NCBI RefSeq assembly: GCF_964204865.1 | Contig: NC_135261.1 | Coordinates: forward strand, 10,478,001-10,542,000 | From: Styela clava | Taxonomy: Eukaryota | Reading direction: 5' to 3' | Length of the DNA: 64,000 nucleotides | Shown here: piece by piece, positions 27,701 through 40,700 of the stretch | How positions within the stretch are numbered: position 1 is the first letter of the stretch | Layout: each line of letters begins with the position of its first letter | Made by a program: the position numbers and the translations under genes | The notes under the pieces: model-generated | What the model saw: the letters and a program-made list of their open reading frames with translations, nothing else | Told to the model about the DNA's origin: nothing | Databases searched by the model: none

Positions 27701-27718
27701 ATTGACGCGCCGCCACTG
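24714..27718 (-). mobile_element. Full-length hAT DNA transposon (Tip100/ZMYM1-like transposase), 3005 bp
   Basis: Perfect 14 bp TIR CAGTGGCGGCGCGT, perfect 8 bp TSD GATTTATT (24706-24713 and 27719-27726), and subterminal ACCGGGGC repeats at both ends. Confidence 0.97.
25127..27188 (-). pseudogene. hAT transposase with two frameshifts (TTF-type zinc finger, DUF4371-like region, hAT C-terminal dimerisation domain)
   Basis: WLCYSEDKNALFCFYC, SIQSDETTD, QTYDGAAVMSG, HCYAHQFNL, PTRW, PISSADAERTFSTLKRIKTYLRNTMKQDRLNSLA. The frame breaks near 25855-25865 and near 25238; restoring one base at the latter gives LSIHRDVISEMHDFNERVIEHFASKKPRRVAYMFKQ-stop. Confidence 0.92.
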
Positions 27719-28412
27719 GATTTATTGCATTTTTGTTTTACGATATAATTTTGTATTTCCGGAAACGGTGTGTCCTAAAAAATAGAAATTCTTCTAAACT
27801 GATCGCAAATGATGTTTCAACATCTGACGTCTAGTACACATCATTTGCCGGGAGAACTCGGAAGGCCGCGAAATACCATTTAATTTGAAAAAATGAATAT
27901 CATTATAATTGTTTAATTGCGTACAATATTTCATGCACGACGAAATAAAACTTCTGAGTTCTGAGTTCTGAGTTTCAAGTATTCAATGTTTTATTTAGCC
28001 TACTTACAGAATCTTCAATAAATATTGTTTCTTTGCGTTATTCAATATTAGTGTGTTTGATATTCGGAGATTGCAAAAAGAAAAAATTGTATCCATAAAT
28101 ATTGTGTAATTTTTCACTGACGTTCAAGCCTCCATTTACCGACAGCGGCAATAAGTTGGCGATAATTTAATTGAAAAATACATACACACAGGTCAGAAGG
28201 GAACAAGCTTTCAATTCTTCTCATGATAAATACTTCAGTTACACTACTTATGTTCCAACAGTATGTATTGATATAAGTAATTATTATTTTTTATTGTACA
28301 ATTTTTTTTTTAATGAAAATGTAACTTTCGTATATTTGGATTATTTTTTAGTTTATATTAGATTATTTCAGATGTTTTTTGTTGAGATTCTAGATTTTTT
28401 TATCGCTGAACA

Positions 28413-28760
28413 GTTGGCAACTCTGGCGCATCGTGCTAGGCGTTAGGAATACGCACGCCATCGCATCTCTGATTACCCTTTGTGGTATCGCAGGTTCGAA
28501 TCCCATGCGGGGATGATCATGTGCGAGAGGGTTGCTGGACTCCTCGCCGCCGTAGAGTGGTTCACGTAACCGCTGGTCGGTCACGGCTTCCTCCACCATC
28601 AAGTCCATGCTTCCGAAAACAAATAACTGGCTAATTAATCCCATACCCGATCTGGACTGGTAACCGGGCGAGAGGTCACGAGAGGTCGTGGTTCGCCATA
28701 TGATTGAGCCATCGTATCGGCTTTCCTCTCCCTCGGGATAAATATGTAAATCCCATCCTA
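28413..28760 (+). mobile_element. tRNA-derived SINE, near full length
   Basis: A-box-like TGGCGCATCGTG, B-box GGTTCGAATCCC (~28492), body shared with other copies in the window, tail GGGATAAATATGTAAATCCCATCCTA. Confidence 0.85.
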
Positions 28761-28891
28761 AATTCAATATGTATCAGAAAAAAATGCTGATATCTCTTTT
28801 TACTAATCCGTGAAGTTCTGGTACATACAAGAGAACATAACATTAATGGTTACGACTCACAAATTAAAAAGTTTAGGAAAAGTCTATTGTA

Positions 28892-29530
28892 TATTCAATT
28901 CAATTCGTTTATTACTCCAGACTAAAAAACGGTCCATATAAAAATAACACAAACAAGTAAACATAAGCAAAAATAACACAATAAATACATAAAATACCTG
29001 ATACGACAATCAGATTCACAGTAGATCTCAAAAAAGAGTTAATACAGTAATCTAAGAGGCCAAAAGAGAAGTATAGAATCCACGATAGCTTGTCACAAAC
29101 AGTATCTGGGAATCAAATAATGATTGTAATAGGATGTTATTGGAGTTCCTGCATCTCGTCATGAACAACCACAGATTTTTTCTATGGAGTGCTTCGAAAG
29201 AGGGAATGTTCCCAGATACCATTTTGTGACGGACACTCTCAGATCTAGAAACATAGTGAATTACGCGAGAAGCAACATTATAAGAAGTTTTAACTTTTTT
29301 ATAATTATAATTATTGAAAAACAACCAGAACTGGCAGTTATAAATACTACAACAATACGTTCTAAATAAAAGATTTTTCACAGTATTGGAACAGTTGACA
29401 ATTTTTGTCAAAATAGTATGGGCTATAAAATAAATTGATTTATACTGACGTTTCAAGCCAAGGTCATCTCTAAGATCATTGGATGGGAAAACACCAAGAT
29501 ATTCATTTGAAATATTTAATTGCTTGTAGA
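28892..29530 (-). mobile_element. 5'-truncated LINE (non-LTR retrotransposon) 3' end
   Basis: ORF 29052-29582 has YLGV..DLRDD..KRQ..IY and KNLLFRTYCCSIYNCQFW, typical of the region after the RT core. It is followed by a T-rich 3' UTR and an AATAAACGAATTGAATTGAA tail. Clade (L2/CR1/RTE-X-like) not resolved. Confidence 0.8.
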
Positions 29531-29979
29531 ACAGTTGAGTGGTGGTACCGTAAATATATACTATTACGGTGGTACCGTACAAAAGTAATTCGCGAGAGCC
29601 AGTATTTATTTGAGTGTTGGTGCGGTTTACCGGTTTGTGAAAATTAAATCATTGCCTCTCCCACTGGGCGTAAGCACTGATAACATTTAGTTGGCTTCAC
29701 TAAACTGATTTTCTTAAGTCCTAGTTAACCATGTGAAATATATGTGGGCGTTTGGCAGATTTGTTGGAGAAAAATGCTTTTACGGAGAACGTGTAGAAGT
29801 TATACGGTGGATGTTCATTGGGTGTAGCAAACCGGTTATTTTCGTACCCGGTACGATAAATGCCTTCTAACGTCGTCGCCTCAGGGAAATTTCGTGGCCG
29901 ATTCGATTTAAACGTGTCGTTGATTGTAGACGTGGATTCCTTCGACGTTACGGTAGAACATGAACTGAATTTGCTTCCA

Positions 29980-30050
29980 CTTCGGAAATATATTATTGTC
30001 CGCAGGTAGGAAGCTTCGGAAATATATTATTGTCCGCAGGTAGGAAGCTT
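29980..30050 (+). repeat. Perfect 34 bp tandem duplication containing a splice-site-like CAG/GTAGGA
   Basis: CTTCGGAAATATATTATTGTCCGCAGGTAGGAAG at 29980 and 30014. Confidence 0.95.
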
Positions 30051-30633
30051 GCCAACATTACTTTGATTGTTTGCTGAACAGTGCATACATACAGACATAC
30101 CCAGTGTGATTTTATTGAGGCATCGATCAGCTGGTATAGCTTAGTTTAATGCTATAAATAGTTTGATGCTATGATTTAATAACCAAGTGATGTAATGCTA
30201 GTCGGTTTGTGATTAGTCTGTTAGTCTATACTGGCCTGCTATACCAGTATATGTATATTCTATGATTGGAACATCAGCTTCCCAGGATATTCTCAACTTC
30301 TCGATTTTAGAAATAGTATGAATATTTATGCTAAATTTGAATATTTTTTGAATACGGTGACTGCACAAAAAATTAATTAATGTTTTCCTCAACTTTCTTG
30401 CATCGCAATATTTTAATTTTTCCCTTTTACTGTCACAGTGTTAGGCATAGAATTTATAATAAATTCATTAAAATCTGTTTTGCTGAATAATTGAAGCTCG
30501 CATACCGCAAAATGGAGTTATTTGGGGAATTAGTTGATAAAAGATTTCTTATGTATTATTGTGTCATAACTTAAAATTGTATTATTTCATCAGCTCTCTT
30601 CATTGTATAATTAAATCTGTAAATTTTCAATAA

Positions 30634-31593
<960 letters not shown>

Positions 31594-32663
31594 GATCAGA
31601 ATGCAGTACTATTTCATTCCAATGTGCCTTTATGCATAAATATAATTTAGTCTATTAGTCTTAGATATTAGAAGTAGATCGTTGTTTAAGTTTTGCAATT
31701 TTCTATACTAATAAATTCTAATTATGCTTGCATTATAAAACTGTCATCTACTGGTGTTATAACAACCGTTAGTTATATTTATTCAATCATGTTATGTGGT
31801 GCCATCATTGAAGCTGTATATTTATTTGTTAACTTATTATTATTGTCACTGAAGACCTTTTAATAAATAGTTGCTAAATTGTTTGTTTTCTATTACCTAC
31901 TATTGATGTTTTTTTCAGAATGATTTGTAAATTGTTAAGGCTGTGACATGGTCATACATTGAAAACCTACTTGAATTTGTCAAGGCAGTTATATTCGGAT
32001 CTGCTGATGTCAATTTTAGCAATCTCAGTGGTTCTCGAACTCATTTCCATCAATTATTTTTTGCGCCATGTTTAAAAATAATAAAGCCATGAAAGCAAGA
32101 AAATAAATGCATTTTGCCAAAGAATTAAACAAATCTAAGTCCAGGCTTTGTAATTTGATATAATCACAGCGAAGGTGCTTGCCTTTGAACACCAGAGAAT
32201 CTTATCGTACCCCCCCTCCTGAGAAACTCTGAGCTGGTTATTTATGCAATTCATATTCGGTATGAATATGAATCCACACACATAATGCTTATCTTATTTG
32301 ATATCGTCAATGCAAAACACAATATACGGTAATTGAACGTCTGCTTAGTGTAAGGCAGTACCATTATTTTAGTGGTAATATTACTGTTATACAGATCCAT
32401 TTGATAATCTTAAAATATATGTAAGTATTGTATCAATAAGTTTTTCCATAAGTGATTTCAGTGGGAGTAGTATATTCTTTGGTAGTTGCCAAATTGCAAT
32501 TTTTTTCTTCGCAAGTTCAAAGTTGCTGAAATCGTACTAGAATTGTTAGTTTTAGCTTCTGATATACACAATACTGCAATCAATACACATAATTTGTATC
32601 ATGTTTGTCTTAGGTTATGACCAAATAGCTTTATTTCCTAGTTATACAATATCTAATAAAATA

Positions 32664-33710
32664 ATGGCTGATCCACCAATAAAACCTTGGGAGATAAACC
32701 GGACTCAAAGTGCTGGTAATATTGGACCATTGCATTCTATCTCAAATCCACCTGTTGTAGATGCTTCATTGACAGCAACTGATCAGGCGAGAAAAAGGTC
32801 GCCGCCTCCTGTTCCCAATAGACCATCCCAGCGTACTATGACTCCAATGGGTTATCAGCCTTCATATGGAGGATATGGTTCCTATGGCTATGGTACTGGA
32901 TATGGAGGGATGTATGGTGGTGGAATGGGGAGCGGAATGTATGGGGGTTATGGTGGTGGGGGTATGTACGGTTCCTACAATAGATCATATGGTGCACCGG
33001 GAGGATTTGCTAGACAAGCAGAAGAAAGCACTAGAAATGCATTTCAATCTGTTGAAAGTATTGTGAGAGCATTCACATCCGTTTCTGCTATGTTAGAATC
33101 TACACTCGGGGCTGTTTACAGCTCATTCCGAGCTGTGCTTGATGTAGCAGATCAATTTTCGAGGGTGAGGGCAACATTTGCTGATATTCTTTCTTCTATC
33201 GCAGTCTTCCGTTTGATACGATTTTTATATCGCCGAGCTTTGGCATTTCTAAACTTGGGAGGATCATGTGAAGAGGCATGGGATACGGTCAAAACAGACT
33301 CTGATGTTATACCACAGAAGAAGAAATCAAGATCGTGGCCCATACTTCTTTTCATGTCTGTTGTTATAGGAGGCCCTTACTTGATTTGGAAATTATTGAG
33401 TGGAACAGGCAATGTACAAAAGCCTCAGACACCATGGGCAAGCGGATTATCAGATCATGTTGTTGCTAGAGTAGAATATGATTTTGAAGCTGATAATGAT
33501 GATGAACTAACTGTGAAAGTTGGCGACCTGTTAAACCTTGCACCAAAAGACCAACAACCACATATACAGAATTGGCTTATGGCATCTTTAGATGGTACAA
33601 ATGTAGGGATGGTTCCTGCAACTTATGTTAAGGTATTAGGCCGTCGAAAGGGAAGACAACCAGAATCAGCTGAGAATGGCCAACCTGAAGCTTCGGCACC
33701 ACCTACATGA
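32664..33710 (+). CDS. PEX13: Peroxisomal membrane protein PEX13, intronless CDS, about 348 aa
   Basis: N-terminal PPIKPWE, Pro-rich then YG-rich region, AEESTRNAFQSVESIV..FTSVSAMLEST, SWPILLF..GGPYLIWKLL, C-terminal SH3 (ARVEYDF..G.VPATYVKVLG). Start put at MADPPIKPWE rather than the upstream in-frame ATG at 32601. Confidence 0.96.
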   Translation: MADPPIKPWEINRTQSAGNIGPLHSISNPPVVDASLTATDQARKRSPPPVPNRPSQRTMTPMGYQPSYGGYGSYGYGTGYGGMYGGGMGSGMYGGYGGGGMYGSYNRSYGAPGGFARQAEESTRNAFQSVESIVRAFTSVSAMLESTLGAVYSSFRAVLDVADQFSRVRATFADILSSIAVFRLIRFLYRRALAFLNLGGSCEEAWDTVKTDSDVIPQKKKSRSWPILLFMSVVIGGPYLIWKLLSGTGNVQKPQTPWASGLSDHVVARVEYDFEADNDDELTVKVGDLLNLAPKDQQPHIQNWLMASLDGTNVGMVPATYVKVLGRRKGRQPESAENGQPEASAPPT

Positions 33711-33804
33711 CAAACTACTCGTAAACTCTCAATCTTTGTAATATGCAAATCACCCGTTTCAATAAAAATGCAATTTAAAGTAAATTTTTTTTCATTGTAT
33801 AATT

Positions 33805-36800
33805 TCATGTTAAAGTGTCTTCATTACGAAGATATTCTCCAATATCCGCTTGATGAAAAGCAATGATTGACATAGGATCCGCATGCCTGCATTCGGCTGT
33901 CGATTTTGCTGCTACACCAAATCCCTATAAAAGAAAGGCGATTACATGAAAAATCTTTAAACAATTAGTTCATGAGATATCCCAACAAAAATTGTCAATT
34001 TAGATGTTTTTTGAATAGCCTGCAATATAAAATACATAATGGATACAAATTCAGGAAAGCAAGAGACAAGTCTTTTTATTACACGTTATACCTTTACTAC
34101 TTACCAAAGGTATATCATTCATTGAATATAACACTATGCCTTGATATTTAGGAGTTCCTTCAGTAATTCTTCCTAATCCTGATTTTAATATGTGATTTCC
34201 ATATAAAAATGATTGTTCTGCACCTGGTTTCACCCAAACTTTGAACTGAAAAAGTAATTGACATTATTTGATATTCTCAAACAATGATGGTTATTATTGC
34301 ATTTGCACTTGTGTCAATTCTAATTATGCGGCATGTATGTATTGGTGTATGGACTATTAATCAACTACAATATTATTTTACATTTCTTTTTATGTTCAAC
34401 TTCAATTATTTTGCAATGTATGACTGTTGTGTAAATATTCTTCAAATAATAAGAACAGGCTTCATTATTCACAATACAGATGAAGTAATAAGCATTGTAG
34501 GAAATCAAGAGATGTATTGTGGCGTGGGTACTACACTCCTTGGAACAATGGGCCACAAAAATGTCAGGGCAATTGAGCTGAATCTAAATTCACACAATGG
34601 GAACAGAGTATCACAAGTGTTATGGATGTTTCTCCGGCCCTTGACCCCAGAAAAATTCTATATAACTTAGTAATTATCGCAAAATTTTGGATGCTTATTT
34701 TGTGAGTGTTTTGGAGAGTTGACACTTAGAAACTGATTTACATGATCAAACCCATTATTTTTATTAAAATATACAACCGCTTGCTCGGTTTAGCCTAGTC
34801 AATTGCAGCTTTTCCTGGACTAATTTTTGATTATTGCACAATCAAATCAAAAATTCCAATTGATACGTCATTGATGACTTTTGCTCCATGATACCTGCTT
34901 TTATCTCATAATCTTACCTTTGCATAAGGCGCTAAATAATCAAGTGCAGTGACATGGAGCCTAAATTTCTTTGTTTTTGTAAATTTTCCAAAGCACACGC
35001 CAAAGCTGATTAAATTTTCTCTGCAAACGTTAGTCGCTCTTTTCATAATTTCTTCAGATACATAATATACTCGATCTCTGTGAAGTCTGAAGCAGTATAC
35101 TCCATCTGGACGATCAATCAATAATTTGATGTTCTCCCCAATACTGAAACAATTAAAAATTTAAATGTCACATTTTTCGGAAGAATTGGGGTCTAACGAT
35201 GTATTTGTCATAAGGGCTTGAATGTCGCCAAAAGAAAATGTGATGTAAAAAATAAAAATAGCCTAAATTTTTTTAAAAGTCTGTCTCCCACAGAACGCTA
35301 TACCCTATTTGGCATGAGATAAACCTGCTTAGTTGAAAAATTTTGTTCAACTAAACGCATCTGTCAAGAACTTCATTTCACCCCAAACAGACAATTTTTT
35401 TTTTAAACAAACACACACATTACTTTTTTGTTTGGCGTTATTTTGAAGAGTTTCGGCATTTACTTAGCTAGACCCTAGAATTGGAATTGAGATCTTCAAT
35501 AGCCAGCTAAAATGCAATGTCTTTTATTGAGTGAAAATTCGAGCCACTCTCTGATTATGTCTTTGCTTGAAAGTATATTTAGAAGGTTACGAGTCGCAAA
35601 TGCCATTGCATCGGTCGTCAAAATTATCTCATCAGAGTCATTACCCGCAAGTTATTTGGAAAGTGGTATTCAAGTTTTATGTGAAATTATTTAAAAAAAA
35701 TTGTAGTAGAAGCAGTAGAAATAAAGTATCATAAAAGTTTCAGAGCAATAAAATTCTGTTGGCCATGATAAAAAAGAATGCAAACATGTAAGATGTCACA
35801 GTTATCATGATAGCTTAAGTAAATGTATAATGGTATTTAAGAGAGTTACAGCAAGAACTGAGAGTACCGGTGTTTGCCATTCTTTCTTCTGTATTCATAT
35901 AACTTTTGGAATAAGGTTGATATTGTTGCTTTGAGTAAACTTGCATAAAATGGGCTTCAAACATACAGGGTGACCCTACCAACACCTCGCCCCCACCCAG
36001 AAAAAAAAACAGAACCCGTATATTTTCTTTTTCGAACTTTTTTTCATTGTTTACGCTTGAAGTTCTGTTTGTGCATGTATTGTACCTAACAGAATGACAT
36101 ATCGCAATGACTGAGTAAGAAAAAATCATGTTGCTCTTTTGAAAAACGGTAACCCTGAAATTACGGGCCCAGTGAATTAAACGCTGTGACTGCTTATAGT
36201 GCCAAACAAAATTGTGACGAGAAAAAAACATCCAAACTTTTATTTTTTCTAGTAGAAATATGTCTCACAGGGAACACTATATCCTTTTTGCCATAGGAAA
36301 TACCTGCTTAGTTGAAATTGGGTAGGTTTGATTTTAACTAAATGCGTCTATGGCGAAAATTTCATTCTGCGCCTGACAGACTTTTATTTAATTATTAATA
36401 AAAAAACATAAAAATTTAGGATAGAATAATTTTTACATATTTATCCCATGGGAGAGGAATAAGACAGCTTAGCCATATGGCAAACCACGGCCTCTTGTCC
36501 GGTTACCATTCCATGTCGGGTATGGGATTAGTTAGTTATTTGTTTTCGGAAGCATGTACTTGATGGTGGAGGAAGCCGTGAACCACGCTACGGAGGCGAG
36601 AAGTCCAGCAATCCTCTCGCACATAACTATCCCTGCATGGGATTCGAACCCACGCAGAGTTATCCAGTAATCAGAGGTGCGGTGGCGAGGATATTAGGAT
36701 AGGATTTACATATTTATCCCGGAGGGAAGGAAAGCCAATATTAAAGCTTTTAAATCATATGGCGAACCACGGCCTCTCGTCTGGTTACCAGTCCAGGTCG

Positions 36801-37332
36801 GGTATGGGATTAGTTAGCCAGCTATTTGTTTTCGGAAGCATGGACTGGATGGTGGAGGATTGCCACCGCATCTCCGATTACCTCGCGTGGGTTCGCAGGC
36901 TTCCTCCACCATCAAGTCCATGCTTCCGAAAACAAATAACTGGCTAGCTAACTAATCGCATACCCGACCTGGACTGGTAACCGGACGAGAGGCCGTGGAG
37001 AGAGCGTATTCCTAACGCTTAGCAAGATGAGCCACACCACCCAATCGTCAAAATCGACTGTTCTACTGACTCAATACAGTAGTAATATAGGCCTACCACA
37101 GAAACAGAAAAATATTTCATGTTCCCGTTTTATTGTTTTAGTGAACTACCGGTACCGGTACCGGTATAGCCTAGTCTAATAGTCCACTCATGCTACACAA
37201 AACCTTCCGACCCTAACAATTCAGCAATACCAAGAATTAGAACATCATATATATAAATATCTTTATATGTACTTACTATTTTGCAAGTTTTTCAAACAAC
37301 GTTTTTGTCTCATCTTCTGTTAAAGGACGCAT
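33805..37332 (-). CDS. NIP7: 60S ribosome subunit biogenesis protein NIP7, 180 aa
   Basis: Exons 37332-37277, 35143-34918, 34245-34105, 33924-33805 total 543 nt. [49 protein letters not shown]...[16 protein letters not shown]. Confidence 0.97.
36417..36692 (-). mobile_element. tRNA-derived SINE copy in NIP7 intron 1
   Basis: Reverse complement of the 28413-28760 family, including GGGATTCGAACC (B-box on minus) and the TTTACATATTTATCCC tail. Confidence 0.85.
36696..37040 (-). mobile_element. Rearranged SINE copy with an internal inverted duplication
   Basis: Tail at 36696-36720 and head at ~37003-37040 are on minus, but 36861-36998 is SINE sequence in plus orientation. Confidence 0.8.
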
Positions 37333-37715
37333 AGTCAGTTTATTATTTGTCAGAGACGTTGAAACCGGGGCAAGACGTGAAGCTGTGCACGAAAATCAGA
37401 AAATATCACTGCCGCTACTCGCGAAACGTGTTTGTAGTAAATAGCTGGCTTCATTAGAATCTACTAAAATACTAAATCACGTATCACGTGGTCCGCTTTT
37501 TATAATATTTTGGTAAAGAGCTGATTTATGCGGGTTGCTTTTTTGCTTATTGTCGGGATGCCTTCGGTCCGTAATTTATTATCCCAGACGGTCAGCTAAA
37601 GTTTTTGTCTTGAAACGAAATCGGCTGTTTGTCTGCTTGTGGAGAATTATTTTCTGGAGCCATATATAATTGTTCAATTTGGTTTAGTTCAGTTTAATGA
37701 GAAATAATTTTGAAT
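37333..37715. promoter_or_regulatory. Bidirectional promoter NIP7 / EXOC1
   Basis: Only 383 bp between divergent ATGs; locally CpG-rich; E-box ATCACGTG at 37483 and CTCGCGAAA near 37418. Confidence 0.75.
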
Positions 37716-40700
37716 ATGACGGCGATAAAACACGCCTTGCAAAGGGATTTATTCACCCCAAATGATGAAAGATTGTTGGGCGTTGTTCACGTTGCTAAAA
37801 CGGGAAAGAAAAAGAAGTCATCTTTTTTATGTGCTTCAGGTTAGTAATCTATGCTATATGTATAAGGTATAGTATCCAAATGATATAAGGTGTTTTCGTG
37901 AAAGTTTTTTGTGTGTTTAGATCCTGAATACCACTTTTTGCTATAGAGTTTTGTCCTTTTGTCATTTTATTTACAAATACTGAAATTGCTAAATTACTGA
38001 AATTATGAATACCCGCTGCACTCTAATTCACAAGGCAAGCCTCTCCTTTTATGGTCACAAGTTTATTTTGATTCTTAAAAGTCTGAAAAAGCTAACGAAG
38101 ACTAGTTTTCCAGCTTTTTGATTGTACATTTTAGTTAAACCACTGGCACGGCCGCAAGGAATACACTCACCACCGGTACCTCTGATTACTCTGCATGGAT
38201 TCGCAGGCTCAAATCCCATGCGGGGATAGTTATGTGCGAGAGGATTGCTGGACTCCTCGCCACCGTACGGTGGTTCATGTAACCCCTGGTCGGTTACGGC
38301 TGCCTCCACCATCAAGTCCATGCTTCCGAAAACAAATAACCAACTATTCCCATGCCTGACATGAAATGGCAACCAGACGAGAGGCCGTGGTTCGCCATAT
38401 GGTTAAGCCTTCTTATCGCCTTTCCTCCCCTGGGATAAATATGTAAATCCCATCCTATTTTTCTATCAATCCAACTGAAGTTAATCATGCAATATTGAGC
38501 AATGTAATCATTGTAAACAGAGTATTGCTGATACGAACTAGTCAAAAAACATTACAGCATTAATTGAGAGTGAAACAAACATGACAAGTTTGATCGGGCT
38601 TCAAGCTTGGGGACCATTGTGATATTACATGTATATAATTTACGTAAAAAGTTAATATAAGTCAAGCTAATGTTTTTTACTTCCATGCATTCTTTAGCTA
38701 ATATTCAGAGTGGAATAATGACAGAATGGGTTGTCAAGGACACACTTGACAATGCCACGACAGTCAAACTGCAGGTTCAGAGGTTGGAATACTGTGTTGC
38801 ACAATCATAATATGTACTAATTGAGTATGATTCCTTTCACTATTCAAGACCATGTGTCTGAACCTTTCGATTAGTAATTTGATTTGTCAGTTGGTTCATC
38901 GTGCTTGAATCATGATTGCCATGCCACTGCTCATCACTCAGAGCCTTCATGGGGATAATTATGCAAGAGCAGATTTCTGACTGGTCTGTTGTTACTTTCT
39001 CCGCCATCCAAAAATAATTCCAGGTAGAGTAGGATTGGCCATATTGCTCATTGTTCTGTAAGAAACGATTGCTTACAAGTTATGCATGTGCCTTTAGAAG
39101 CAGTATATATAAAATTCTTATGGCCTGACGGTGTGGCACTTCATGCTGAGCCGAGGCATTGAGAAAACGCTTGCTACTGCACATCCGATTACCCTGCTTG
39201 GATTCGCAGTTTCGAATTCCGTGTGGGATTATCATGTGCGACGGGATTGTGGACTCTGCGCCACCTGGTTCACAGCTTCCTCGACCATGCATATAACTGT
39301 CCAACTAATCCCACACTCGAGGCCCTGATTCGGCATAGGATTAAGCTGTCCTATTGGCTTTCTCCTCCCCCAGGATAAATATGTAAATCTTATATATTGC
39401 TTGTAAATGAGGATCAAATAAATGAACCCTCTATGAGAGGTGATTGAAGAAATAACTAATTTTATTACATTTTACAATATTCAGGAAAATTTTAGTATTT
39501 CAGAATACTTGATTGCCAGAATTGTACTCAGATATGGGATTTCTAATAATTGTGTGTCCTGTTTCCACAAATTATTTATCAGTTTGAAATGTAATGTGTG
39601 ACGCCCAACCTCTGATACTGCTTATTCCCTATGCTAAATGTGATTCTAATCGTTATATGTTTTTGTGGCTTTCAACACTATTAATGCTTAAAACAAATTG
39701 TTCATATACTTAGTATTGTCTGCACACAGATTCATGTCCTAACACTGGCTGCTGTACGGTGATTGTTTTTTAGTAAGTAGAGATGTTTACTTTCTGATTG
39801 TGCCTACAGATAGTTGTTATTATAAGTTTAATTTGTAAAAGTTGGCGACATTGGACGATAAATATTTCTTTGTTAAGCATTATTCGAACACTGCCCCATT
39901 GTGACAGACAGGAATAACGAGTGTGTCGCAATTTATAGTATGATGTGGTGATTATTTGTACACGGCCCGCACGCTTCTGGGGATATGTATATTTGGCCCA
40001 CTAGTACATCAAGTTTACCTACCACTGGTCTAACTTCTTCAGGCTAATTGAAATGTAACCTGAACCTAAAAGCGGAATGACCAAACCAAATGAACTATGA
40101 TTTTCTGTGATATTCAGCATAACATGACTCTTTTACCGAAAATTGTTAGGAACCACCGGTCCATCACTACCAAATGCCTTCAAGTGTTGATATTTTAATA
40201 CCTGTATAATTTCAATAAAGAATAATTAAAAGCATGATTACACAACACACTTGCACGAATTTGAAACGAAATGTAAAAGGAAAAATAAATAATTGATAAA
40301 AAGATAGGGGCAAGACTTAAAATTGACTTACGGTAGGCAAGTATGTATAAAATGGTCACACAAATTCAGGGAAACTTCTGTTGACTCAATAAAAAATTGA
40401 CATAGCATAGTAAAATTTTGTAAAAGCTAAAATGAACGCTCTTAGATCTACTGTACAACAGAATTTATGATTGTGTATAAAACAGGTTGATACTAATCAT
40501 AACCCATCGTGTGCTTTAAAGTAAATCCTTGCCAGTTGCAGATAACTTCATTGTATAAGACTAAGAGGTTCGCTGGATTGCCTGGCATTGAAACATGGCA
40601 ATTTCCTCACTCTTCATGCTTGTTACTCATCTTCAGTACATTGTCGTTTTGATGGAAGGCCTATAGATAATAATATAATACTTTATGGATGAGATAGCAT

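Noticed and set aside
28480-28510. tRNA gene suggested by GGTTCGAATCCC
   Set aside because: No full cloverleaf; it is the SINE head and continues into a repeated body and tail.
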